From Bacteroidales bacterium (GTDB taxonomy: Bacteria > Bacteroidota > Bacteroidia > Bacteroidales > WCHB1-69): a DNA stretch of 64,000 nt. A program made the translations under genes and the position numbers. The DNA is taken from contig JAKSMD010000003.1 in assembly GCA_024400815.1 (NCBI GenBank), forward strand, positions 2,793-66,792. Reading direction: 5' to 3'. The notes beneath the pieces were generated by a model. That model had not been told where the DNA came from. It worked only from the letters and a program-made list of their open reading frames with translations, and made no database searches. This document shows positions 1-8,483 of this stretch, piece after piece. Every line of letters starts with the position of its first letter. The stretch's first letter is position 1.

Positions 1-1
1 T

Positions 2-2752
2 GAACACCTCGTCCCTGTTACTTATATTGATACTCTTTCAACTGAAGATAGATCTTATCATTTTGAAGGTTATCAAATTTATCAATTGGCTAATTCTTCT
101 GTAAGCGTTACTGACCTTGGTGATCCTAGTAAAGCCATCCTCATTGGTCAATGTGACGTTGAAAATGAAGCTTCTCAATTGATTAACTGGGTTTACAATG
201 ACGCTCTCGGTACTTCTGTTGCTACCGAAATGGTTAATGGTTCTAATAATGGTATTTTCCACTCTTTCCGTGTAACAGAAGATAAATTTGCTACCGGTAC
301 CAATAAGAACCTTGTAAATCATAAACAATACTACTTCTTAGTTTTGGCTTATGGTTATAATGAATTCAAAAAATTCTCTTTGGATGCTGACTACCTTGAT
401 GGTCAAACAACTACTTATCTTGCAGGTCGTCGTAATATCCACGTTTATGAAGGTACTCCTCATAAACCAGTTGAAGCTCTCTTGAATGCTAAATATGGCG
501 ATCAACCTATGATTACACGTATTGAAGGTCAAGGTAACGGTGGTTTCTTCTTGGATATGACGGATGAATCTCGTGAACAAATCCTTGCCAATAATGTATT
601 TAATAATGTACAATATAAGAATAACTATGGTCCGTTGAACATTCAAGTTATCGACCCGTTGCAAGTTAAACCTTATGACTACACTATTAAATTCTTACCG
701 AATGACTTCAGCAATGATGTTAATGACAGTACTGAATGGGAATTGACCATTTCTGACGATGTAACTGATGAAGAACTCGCTGAACTTGGTTTGAGCCGTA
801 CTACTAAAGCTTCTATGCCTATCAGTATGACCAACGAAGAACTCTTCCTTGATCTTGGTATTTCTATTTCTATTAAACAAGACCAATTCAAGATTTACCA
901 AAAGGATCTTGATGAATATGTTGCTACTTCCGCTGGTGGTTATAACTACACTAACTTATCTAAGTATGCTCAAGTTGACCTTGTAGGTTCTTCTATTGAG
1001 TATGACGACGAAAGTGGTATTTCCTGGTTGTCAGGTGTTTCTGATATCGAAGGCGATTACCCTGCTAACTGGATTCGTGCTGGTCAACAAGCATCTGGTA
1101 AATGGGAAGGCGCTGGTGATGTTCAAAATGGTGCATCTGAAGACTATTCTATTTGGAGAACTGAAGACTTCTTCTATGTTATGGCCGATGGTACTTTGAA
1201 CGACGATGAAAAAACTCGTGGTTTCTTGGATCCTAACCAACAATTTGAAGGCGCTATTGACGGTACTTGGGCTCCTTACGTTTTGTCTTCCCCATACGAT
1301 GGTGGTCCTAAGGCTAAATATCTCTCTCCAGATGATCAAATTATCACGACCCCTGCTGGTCCTACTCCTGCTTACTATGACTTCAAAGCTATGAACTCAA
1401 CGGCTGCTAACCCTGGTTACAACCAAACTCTTACAAACCTCTATTCAGTTGATATCGTTTTGACTCCTGATAAGAGTTTGTGGACAAGAGCTCTCGTTTT
1501 GGAAGCTGGTGATGCTACTTCTGATGATAACTTCCAAGTTTCTCAAAACTTCAATGGCCAAGTTTATCATAACCTCCGTCATGAACCTAAGACTTGTCCT
1601 TCAGTTGACAAAGATGGTAATCCTGATAACTCTGGTACTACTGGTTTCGGTTGGTTCCCTGGCTACGCTATCAATGTTGAAACTGGCGAACGTTTGAACA
1701 TTATGTTTGCTGAAAACTCTTTGGATGAACTCAACAATGGTAATGATATGCTCTTTAATCCGACGAATGTTTACGCATTCTACAAGAATCTCGAAACTGG
1801 TGAGTATATCCTTAATGAAGAAACAGGTGAACCTATCGCTATGTCTCAAACCACTTATAATGAATACCGTGATGTTTACGGTGTTACATTTGGTGAACCT
1901 TTGAATGGCGGTCGTCACTATGTATATGTTTGTGGTAGCACAGGTAATACTTGTAGTATGTACTATCGTTCTTCTTCTCGTGAACGTAACTACAATGATG
2001 GTGAAAGAATGACTACATCCAATAGTACTCAACATGGTGGTTCATTCATTGGTACCGATGGTAATTACTATCCATACTATGAATGCGGTCCATACGATGA
2101 AGGTCGTTGGTTGAGCCAGAAATTCGCTACATTTACAAGTAACAATGCTTATACTAGCGCTCTTCGTAGACAACTTAAGATGCAATTGTTCAACAACGTA
2201 ATGTGGACCAGCATCCCAATGCCTGCTACTTTGCAAGAAGACAAATGGTTATCTAGCGAAGCTACTATCAAATTGCGTGTTTCTCGTCCTTACATGAGAT
2301 ACTCTTCTCGTTGGTATGATGATGCAGCTCAAGCTCCTCATACAGAATTGAACGGCGGTTATCCAATGTATGAATTTACAACGAAGAATATCGCTCCATC
2401 TAAGGTGGAAACAGTTGAAGATGTACAAACATTGCTTGATGAAATCAACATCGTTCCTAATCCATATTACGGATTCTCTCAATACGAGCAAAATGCTCTT
2501 GAGAACTATGTACGCATTGTAAATCTGCCTGCAAACTGTACGATTTCAATCTACACCGTAAATGGTACTCTTATTAGAACACTTACGAAGGGTGATGCTT
2601 CAACGTCATATGTAGAATGGGATTTGAAGAACCACGCAAACATTCCTATCGCCAGCGGTGTTTACATTATCCATGTTAAAGCTGATGGCATTGGCGAACG
2701 TACGCTCAAGTTCTTCTGCACTATGCGTCCTACTGACTTGAATGGTTTCTAA
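2..2752 (+). CDS. Large secreted protein with a T9SS C-terminal sorting domain (5' partial; reading frame open to the window edge)
   Basis: Frame 2 has no stop codon from nt 2, and the ORF-track start at 86 is a TTG inside that open frame. The last ~90 aa (VPNPYYG...ISIYTVNGTLIRTL...GVYIIHVKADG...KFF) look like a Por_Secre_tail-type CTD. The gene lies directly upstream of porV. Third codon positions are strongly T-biased (ggt/gct/tct/cgt/act). I saw no gingipain-like GHG/Cys motifs, so I do not call it PorU. Confidence 0.7.
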   Translation, partial: EHLVPVTYIDTLSTEDRSYHFEGYQIYQLANSSVSVTDLGDPSKAILIGQCDVENEASQLINWVYNDALGTSVATEMVNGSNNGIFHSFRVTEDKFATGTNKNLVNHKQYYFLVLAYGYNEFKKFSLDADYLDGQTTTYLAGRRNIHVYEGTPHKPVEALLNAKYGDQPMITRIEGQGNGGFFLDMTDESREQILANNVFNNVQYKNNYGPLNIQVIDPLQVKPYDYTIKFLPNDFSNDVNDSTEWELTISDDVTDEELAELGLSRTTKASMPISMTNEELFLDLGISISIKQDQFKIYQKDLDEYVATSAGGYNYTNLSKYAQVDLVGSSIEYDDESGISWLSGVSDIEGDYPANWIRAGQQASGKWEGAGDVQNGASEDYSIWRTEDFFYVMADGTLNDDEKTRGFLDPNQQFEGAIDGTWAPYVLSSPYDGGPKAKYLSPDDQIITTPAGPTPAYYDFKAMNSTAANPGYNQTLTNLYSVDIVLTPDKSLWTRALVLEAGDATSDDNFQVSQNFNGQVYHNLRHEPKTCPSVDKDGNPDNSGTTGFGWFPGYAINVETGERLNIMFAENSLDELNNGNDMLFNPTNVYAFYKNLETGEYILNEETGEPIAMSQTTYNEYRDVYGVTFGEPLNGGRHYVYVCGSTGNTCSMYYRSSSRERNYNDGERMTTSNSTQHGGSFIGTDGNYYPYYECGPYDEGRWLSQKFATFTSNNAYTSALRRQLKMQLFNNVMWTSIPMPATLQEDKWLSSEATIKLRVSRPYMRYSSRWYDDAAQAPHTELNGGYPMYEFTTKNIAPSKVETVEDVQTLLDEINIVPNPYYGFSQYEQNALENYVRIVNLPANCTISIYTVNGTLIRTLTKGDASTSYVEWDLKNHANIPIASGVYIIHVKADGIGERTLKFFCTMRPTDLNGF

Positions 2753-2781
2753 AATTAATGACATCGTAAAAAAATAAGAAT

Positions 2782-3966
2782 ATGAAAAGTATATATAAAT
2801 CATTATTAATTTGCACATTAATAGCTCTCATATCTGTCAGTACGTCTTATGACGTATTGGCAGGTAACAGAGACCGTTCCGGCCAAGCAGGTGCATCCCA
2901 CCTTTTGATTGATCCTTGGGCTCGTTCAAGCGGTATGGCAAATGCCGGTGTCGCTGAAACTCGTGGTCTTGAATCCATCTTCTCCAATGTGGCTGGTTTG
3001 ACCTATGTGAAAAAGACTGAATTCTGTTTTAACCGCACCCAATATCTTGTTGGTTCAAACTGCGGTATCAACATTAACTCTATGGCCTTTGCTCAACATC
3101 TTGGCAAAGCTAAGAACTTCGGTACACTTGGCGTTTCCTTCATGTCTATGGGCTTTGGTGATATCCAAAGAACTACTGTTTATCAACCAGAAGGCGGTCT
3201 TGGTACTTTCAGCCCAAGTCTTTCCTATATCGGTATTCACTATGCATATCCTTTTAACAACTTTATTAAGGGTGGTATTTCCTTGAAAGTTATCAATGAA
3301 AGAATTTCCGATTCTAAAGCTACTGGTTTTGCTTTCGACGCTGGTGTTCAATATACCGCTGGTAAGTTTGAAAACTTCAAAATCGGTGTGTCCTTGAAGA
3401 ATATCGGTCTTCCGATGTCTTATAAAGGTGACGGTCTTGCATATAGAGGTCGTATTTCTAATACTGATGTTGAACAAACTCTTGAAGTTCGTTCTGCTGA
3501 ATTTGAAATGCCTTCCCTCTTATCTATCGGTGTTTCTTATGACTTCTTGTGGTTCGGTGGCGAATATGCCAGTATGAGCAAAGAAGATCTCGAAGCTGAA
3601 GGCCTTACCCGTGATGATGCTCAGCATAGATTGACCCTTGCTGGATCTTTTACCGCTAATTCTTACTCTCGCGATATTTTCGCTGTTGGTTTGGAATACG
3701 GTTTCATGAACTACTTCATGGTTCGCGCTGGTTATTCTTTGGAAAACATTGCAAAAACTACCGAAATTGATGAAAATGGTGAAGCAGTTTTAGCTGCTCT
3801 CCTTGCAAACAGCGATTCTTTCTTCGCTGGTCCTTCTGTTGGTGCTACGGCTGTTATTCCTTTGAAGAAAGGTAACACTGGTGCTCGTATCTATATTGAC
3901 TATGCATATAGATTCACTAACAAATGGAAAGGCAATCATCTTATCGGTATTAAAATCACCTTGTAA
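2782..3966 (+). CDS. porV: T9SS outer-membrane shuttle protein PorV (LptO family)
   Basis: 394 aa with a signal peptide. It has the N-terminal block typical of PorV (GQAGASHLLIDPWARSSGMANAGVAE) and alternating beta-barrel-like sequence to the C terminus. An ATG start sits in an A-rich context. Confidence 0.85.
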   Translation: MKSIYKSLLICTLIALISVSTSYDVLAGNRDRSGQAGASHLLIDPWARSSGMANAGVAETRGLESIFSNVAGLTYVKKTEFCFNRTQYLVGSNCGININSMAFAQHLGKAKNFGTLGVSFMSMGFGDIQRTTVYQPEGGLGTFSPSLSYIGIHYAYPFNNFIKGGISLKVINERISDSKATGFAFDAGVQYTAGKFENFKIGVSLKNIGLPMSYKGDGLAYRGRISNTDVEQTLEVRSAEFEMPSLLSIGVSYDFLWFGGEYASMSKEDLEAEGLTRDDAQHRLTLAGSFTANSYSRDIFAVGLEYGFMNYFMVRAGYSLENIAKTTEIDENGEAVLAALLANSDSFFAGPSVGATAVIPLKKGNTGARIYIDYAYRFTNKWKGNHLIGIKITL

Positions 3967-3991
3967 TCAAATTTAAAAGATGATCATATTA

Positions 3992-4022
3992 ATAGAAGAG
4001 GCTGCAAGGCCTCTTCTATTTT
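3992..4022 (+). terminator. Rho-independent terminator after porV
   Basis: ATAGAAGAGGC / GCCTCTTCTAT stem with a 6-nt loop, followed by TTTT. Confidence 0.8.
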
Positions 4023-4043
4023 GTGTATTAAATAAAGACAAAA

Positions 4044-4517
4044 ATGGAAGACGTTAAGTATTATTCTCAAGAGGGTTTAGACGCACTTAAGAAAGAATTG
4101 TATCAGTTGGAAACATTTGAAAGACCCAAAGCTTCTCAAGCCATTGCTGAAGCTCGTGATAAAGGCGATTTGTCCGAGAATGCAGAGTATGACGCTGCGA
4201 AGGAAGCACAAGGTCTTCTGGAAATGAAAATTGCCAATTTGCGCAATCTTATCGCTAAAGCCCGTGTTCTCGATGAATCTAAAATCGATGTTTCCAAAGT
4301 GCTCATTTATTCCATCGTTAAGGTAAAGAATGTTAAGAACAATGCCGTTATGACTTATACCATTGTTCCTGAGTCCGAATCCGACCTTAAATCTGGCAAA
4401 ATTTCTGTTTCCAGCCCCTTGGCTAAAGCGCTGATCGGAAATTCAAAAGGTGACATCGTTACTGTTCAAGCACCAGCTGGCACTATGGATTTTGAAATCC
4501 TTGATGTGGCACGCTAA
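4044..4517 (+). CDS. greA: Transcription elongation factor GreA
   Basis: 157 aa. The N-terminal coiled coil carries DLSENAEYDAAKE, and the C-terminal FKBP-like domain carries ISVSSPLAKALIG. Confidence 0.95.
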   Translation: MEDVKYYSQEGLDALKKELYQLETFERPKASQAIAEARDKGDLSENAEYDAAKEAQGLLEMKIANLRNLIAKARVLDESKIDVSKVLIYSIVKVKNVKNNAVMTYTIVPESESDLKSGKISVSSPLAKALIGNSKGDIVTVQAPAGTMDFEILDVAR

Positions 4518-4547
4518 TTTTTATTGCAAATTTTTAGACTTGAAATT

Positions 4548-4946
4548 ATGGAAGATACTATTTTTACCAAAATTGTAAAGGGTGAGATCCCCTGTTATAA
4601 GATAGCCGAAGATGATAGATTCTTCGCTTTTTTGGATATTTCTCCTATTGCAAAAGGCCATACCTTGGTCATTACTAAATTGCAAAACGACTATATCTTC
4701 GATTTGCCTGATGATATGCTTGCAGATATGATGGTATTTGCAAAGAAGGTTGCCCGCGGTATCGAAAAAGCTATTCCTTGCAAACGCATCGGTGTGGCAG
4801 TTATCGGTATTGATGTTCCTCATAATCACATTCATCTTGTACCTATCAATGGCGTTGGCGACTTGAATTTCAAAGCGGAACGCGTACAATTGACCCCTGA
4901 CGAATTTGCAGATATTGCTGCCAAAATTTCAAGTTCTATCGAGTAA
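4548..4946 (+). CDS. HIT family (histidine triad) nucleotide hydrolase/transferase
   Basis: IFTKIVKGEIPCYKI N terminus and an HNHIHLVP histidine triad. I chose the ATG at 4548 rather than the upstream TTG at 4524. Confidence 0.85.
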   Translation: MEDTIFTKIVKGEIPCYKIAEDDRFFAFLDISPIAKGHTLVITKLQNDYIFDLPDDMLADMMVFAKKVARGIEKAIPCKRIGVAVIGIDVPHNHIHLVPINGVGDLNFKAERVQLTPDEFADIAAKISSSIE

Positions 4947-4970
4947 AATAAATTGATTAAATTTTCTAAA

Positions 4971-5813
4971 ATGAATACTAAAGAATTACAAGACATCGCT
5001 GCTCAGGTAAGAAGAGACATCATCCGCATGGTTCATGGCGCAAAATCTGGTCACCCAGGTGGTTCCCTCGGTTGCGCCGATTTCCTTACCGCTCTTTATT
5101 TCGATATTATGGATATCAATCCTGAAAATTTCTCTAAAGAAGGTACTAATGAGGATATGTTTTTCTTGTCTAATGGCCATATTACGCCTGTTTTGTATAG
5201 CGTAATGGCACGTCGCGGCTATTTTCCAGTTTCTGAATTGGCTACTTTCAGAAAATTACATACCCGCTTGCAAGGTCATCCGACTCCAGTTGAAGGACTT
5301 CCAGGCATTCGCATTGCTTCAGGTTCTCTTGGACAAGGCGTTTCTGTCGCTATTGGCGCCGCTTTGGCTAAGAAAGCCAATAAGGACAATCATCTCGTTT
5401 ATGCCCTTACTGGCGATGGTGAATTGGAAGAAGGCCAAATTTGGGAGGCTTTAATGTTTGCTGGTTCAAATCATGTTGACAACCTTATTGTTACCGTTGA
5501 TAACAATGGCAAGCAGATTGATGGTTCTACCGATCAAGTTTGCAGTTTGGGCAAGTTGAGAAGCAAATTCGAAGCTTTCAACTGGATGGTTCTTGAAATG
5601 GATGGCAATGACATGAAAAAATGCACCCAAACCCTTAATTTAGCTAAGTCTTTGGCCGGCAATCAAAAACCGATTGCTATCATTATGAAGACTGAAATGG
5701 GCATGGGCGTTGATTTCATGATGGGCACCCATAAATGGCATGGCGCAGCGCCGAATGACGAACAAGCTGCTGCCGCCTTGGCTCAATTGCCTGTCACGCT
5801 TGGTGATTACTAG
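4971..5813 (+). CDS. Transketolase, N-terminal (TPP-binding) subunit only
   Basis: GHPGGSLGCADFLTALYF, a GDGELEEGQIWEA TPP-binding motif, and WHGAAPN at the end. Length and architecture match the N-terminal half of a split transketolase. No C-terminal half follows. Confidence 0.85.
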   Translation: MNTKELQDIAAQVRRDIIRMVHGAKSGHPGGSLGCADFLTALYFDIMDINPENFSKEGTNEDMFFLSNGHITPVLYSVMARRGYFPVSELATFRKLHTRLQGHPTPVEGLPGIRIASGSLGQGVSVAIGAALAKKANKDNHLVYALTGDGELEEGQIWEALMFAGSNHVDNLIVTVDNNGKQIDGSTDQVCSLGKLRSKFEAFNWMVLEMDGNDMKKCTQTLNLAKSLAGNQKPIAIIMKTEMGMGVDFMMGTHKWHGAAPNDEQAAAALAQLPVTLGDY

Positions 5814-5827
5814 TAGATTTTGCTATT

Positions 5828-7297
5828 TTGAAAATAATCAACCGTTATCTTTGCAAAAACTTCCTGGGACCGTTTGTCCTGACATTCTTTGTCGCTCTCT
5901 TCGTCCTCTTGATGCAGTTCTTGTGGAAATGGGTGGATGAATTGGTCGGAAAAGGATTGGAACTGGGTGTGCTTTTGAAACTCATGTTCTATGCAGCGAT
6001 AACACTCTCGTCAATGGCCTTCCCTTTGGCTGTGCTGTTGGCATCCTTAATGACATTTGGAAATATGGGCGAACGATATGAAATCGTCGCCCTTAAGTCA
6101 GCGGGAATCTCCACACGAAGGATGATGTTGCCGCTGGCTTTTTTGTCTTTTATCATTGCCGTTATCGCCTTCGAATTTTCGAATGAGGTGATTCCCCGTG
6201 CTACGGTAAAACTCAAGATGCTGCTTTACGATATTCAAGAACAGAAACCTGCGCTCAACATCGAAGAGGGCGTTTTTTATACAGGATTTGACAATTATGC
6301 TATCCGCGTGGGCAAAAAGATGCCCGATGGGGTTACCGTTAAAGATGTGCTCATCTATGACCATACTAAGCGACAAGGCAATACGACTATGACTTACGCT
6401 AAAAGAGGCACTATGCAGATGACTCCCGATAAGCATTATCTCCTCTTTTCGCTCTATGATGGTTCCTTCTGGGATGAAACTTCCCATACGCATGGTCGTC
6501 GTGACGCCGGAGCCCATTACCCGTTGCTTCGCGCTACTTTTGACCACCAGTACAAACGTTTCGATATGTCGGAATTTACTGTTGACAAAGTGGATGAAAG
6601 CATATATCAAATGCATTCTACCGCTATGTCTATCCCACAATTGCAAGGCAAAATCGATACGATGAAGCATGAAATCGCTCAATTAGGACATGGCGCTTCT
6701 GATGTGTTCTTTGGTAATCTTTACTATTTTAATGCGTATGTGAAAAATAATTCGGCATTTGATTCCTTGTCATTTTCTGAAAAATGTGATTTGACATCAT
6801 TGCCATCAGATAGAATGATCAATGCCCTCCAGTTCGCAGAAAATGCTTCCCGTAATTTTATCTATTCGGTGCGTTTTTCGTATCAGGACATTGAATACAG
6901 AACACAATATCTTTGGTCGTTTGAGATTGAATTTTTCCGCAAATTCACGCTGGCTACCGCCTGTGTACTCTTCTTCTTTATTGGCGCTCCATTAGGCTCC
7001 ATCATTCGTAAAGGCGGCATCGGAATCCCTTTGGTGATAACGGTGGTCTTTTTCACTTTCTATTTTGCTTTATCTATTATTGGTGAAAAAATTTCTAAAA
7101 ACAGTCCGATGCCAGTTTGGTTCGGTATGTGGCTATCTTCCTTTATCCTGTTGCCGATATGTGCTTTCTTGACTTATCATGCGACAACAGATTCTGCAGT
7201 CCTGTCGCCTGACACTTACACCAAATTCGTGGAAAAATTGAAAAATTTCAAACTATTTTCGAAAAAAAAGCATGAAAATTCTTCAACTTTGTCATAA
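5828..7297 (+). CDS. LptF/LptG family LPS export permease
   Basis: The MKIINRYLCKNFLGPFVLTFF start is typical of YjgP/YjgQ permeases. Three N-terminal TMs, a periplasmic insert and C-terminal TMs are apparent. The start is a TTG because no in-frame ATG is nearby. Confidence 0.8.
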   Translation: MKIINRYLCKNFLGPFVLTFFVALFVLLMQFLWKWVDELVGKGLELGVLLKLMFYAAITLSSMAFPLAVLLASLMTFGNMGERYEIVALKSAGISTRRMMLPLAFLSFIIAVIAFEFSNEVIPRATVKLKMLLYDIQEQKPALNIEEGVFYTGFDNYAIRVGKKMPDGVTVKDVLIYDHTKRQGNTTMTYAKRGTMQMTPDKHYLLFSLYDGSFWDETSHTHGRRDAGAHYPLLRATFDHQYKRFDMSEFTVDKVDESIYQMHSTAMSIPQLQGKIDTMKHEIAQLGHGASDVFFGNLYYFNAYVKNNSAFDSLSFSEKCDLTSLPSDRMINALQFAENASRNFIYSVRFSYQDIEYRTQYLWSFEIEFFRKFTLATACVLFFFIGAPLGSIIRKGGIGIPLVITVVFFTFYFALSIIGEKISKNSPMPVWFGMWLSSFILLPICAFLTYHATTDSAVLSPDTYTKFVEKLKNFKLFSKKKHENSSTLS

Positions 7298-8483
7298 ACC
7301 CCCATTGCCGTCAGTGGATGGTGGCTGTATTGCCATGCACAATATTACGGATGGTCTGCTCAAAAGCGGGCAGTCCGTGAAGGTGGTGGCCGTGGAGACC
7401 CCCAAACATCCCGTTAAAGTTACGGCGTTTCCGTTGGACTATCTTCAGCAAACGCATTTCGAATCTATTTATATTGATACGACGCCACACCTGAAGGATG
7501 CTATTAAAACACTTTTTAACAGAAGTTCCTATCAAATCAATCGTTTTTATTCAAAGTCGATGGTCTCTAAATTGATTCAGACTTTGAATCATGACACTTT
7601 TGACATCATACATTTGGAATCTTTATATGTGATTCCTTATATTCCAGTTTTGCGAAAATACTCCCAGGCCAAGATTGTGCTGCGTATGCACAATGTGGAA
7701 CACCAAATTTGGGAGCGTATGGCAAAAAATGAAAAATGGCCGATAAAAAAACTTATCTATTGGCTTAATGCCAAACAACTGCATCGGGTTGAGCGTAAAG
7801 TGCTGAACATGGTGGATGGCTATATGACGATTTCGGAACCTGATTATCAATATTTCCACAGTCATAATGCTCAGGTGCCGGGCACCGTGATTACTTTTGG
7901 CCTTGATTTGGATAAGTATGAAATGGAAGATGATTTCATCCCTTCCGACAATCCGTCTTTATTCCATCTGGGCAGTATGAATTGGAGTCCGAATGTGGAA
8001 GGCATTGAATGGTTCTTGGACGAGGTCTGGCCCGAGATTTTAACATCCTTTCCAGAATTGCATTTTACCGTCGCTGGTTATGGTACGCCTCAGAAATTCT
8101 TTCAGCGCAAGGATGTGAATGTGCATATTGCTGGTGCCGTCCCTAGTGCCAATGAGTTTATTTTGGACAATGATATTATGGTCGTCCCGCTTCTTTCCGG
8201 CAGCGGTATCCGTATTAAAATAATTGAGGCCATGGCGTTGGGCCGTGTGGTGATTACGACCACCATCGGCGCAGAAGGCCTCGCTGTTGAAAATGGCAAA
8301 CATCTCTTCATTGCAGATACACCAGAAGAATTTGTGTCCGTTATCGAAAAATGCGTGACGACGCCAGATTTATGTTCCATTATTGGTGAGAATGCTCGAG
8401 ATTTCATCTCCGTTTATCACAATAATGAAGTGATTACAGAACATATTTTATCTTTTTATCAAAAACTATTGAAACAAAAATGA
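7272..8483 (+). CDS. Glycosyltransferase family 4 (GT-B, GT1-type C-terminal domain)
   Basis: MKILQLCHKPPLPSVDGG N terminus and a GIRIKIIEAMALGRVVI (E-x7-E-like) C-terminal motif. It overlaps the lptF/G 3' end by 26 nt and the dxs start by 4 nt (ATGA). Confidence 0.8.
   Translation: MKILQLCHKPPLPSVDGGCIAMHNITDGLLKSGQSVKVVAVETPKHPVKVTAFPLDYLQQTHFESIYIDTTPHLKDAIKTLFNRSSYQINRFYSKSMVSKLIQTLNHDTFDIIHLESLYVIPYIPVLRKYSQAKIVLRMHNVEHQIWERMAKNEKWPIKKLIYWLNAKQLHRVERKVLNMVDGYMTISEPDYQYFHSHNAQVPGTVITFGLDLDKYEMEDDFIPSDNPSLFHLGSMNWSPNVEGIEWFLDEVWPEILTSFPELHFTVAGYGTPQKFFQRKDVNVHIAGAVPSANEFILDNDIMVVPLLSGSGIRIKIIEAMALGRVVITTTIGAEGLAVENGKHLFIADTPEEFVSVIEKCVTTPDLCSIIGENARDFISVYHNNEVITEHILSFYQKLLKQK

Noticed and set aside
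2-2752. Possibility that the gene upstream of porV is porU, the T9SS C-terminal signal peptidase that is often adjacent to porV.
   Set aside because: In the 916 visible residues I find no gingipain/C25-like His (GHG) or Cys catalytic contexts. I leave it as an uncharacterised CTD protein. The missing N terminus means this is not fully excluded.
4953-4970. Upstream alternative (non-ATG) starts offered by the ORF track: 4953 for transketolase-N, 4524 for HIT, 46249 for queA, 57345 for truA, 58126 for the beta-helix lipoprotein, 49844 for aspS, 30913 for DegT, 11257 for the PHP phosphatase and 12515 for the serine hydrolase.
   Set aside because: In each case an in-frame ATG further downstream reproduces the canonical family N terminus, or avoids overlap with a promoter box or the preceding gene. 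The ATG starts were used, and start positions remain predictions.
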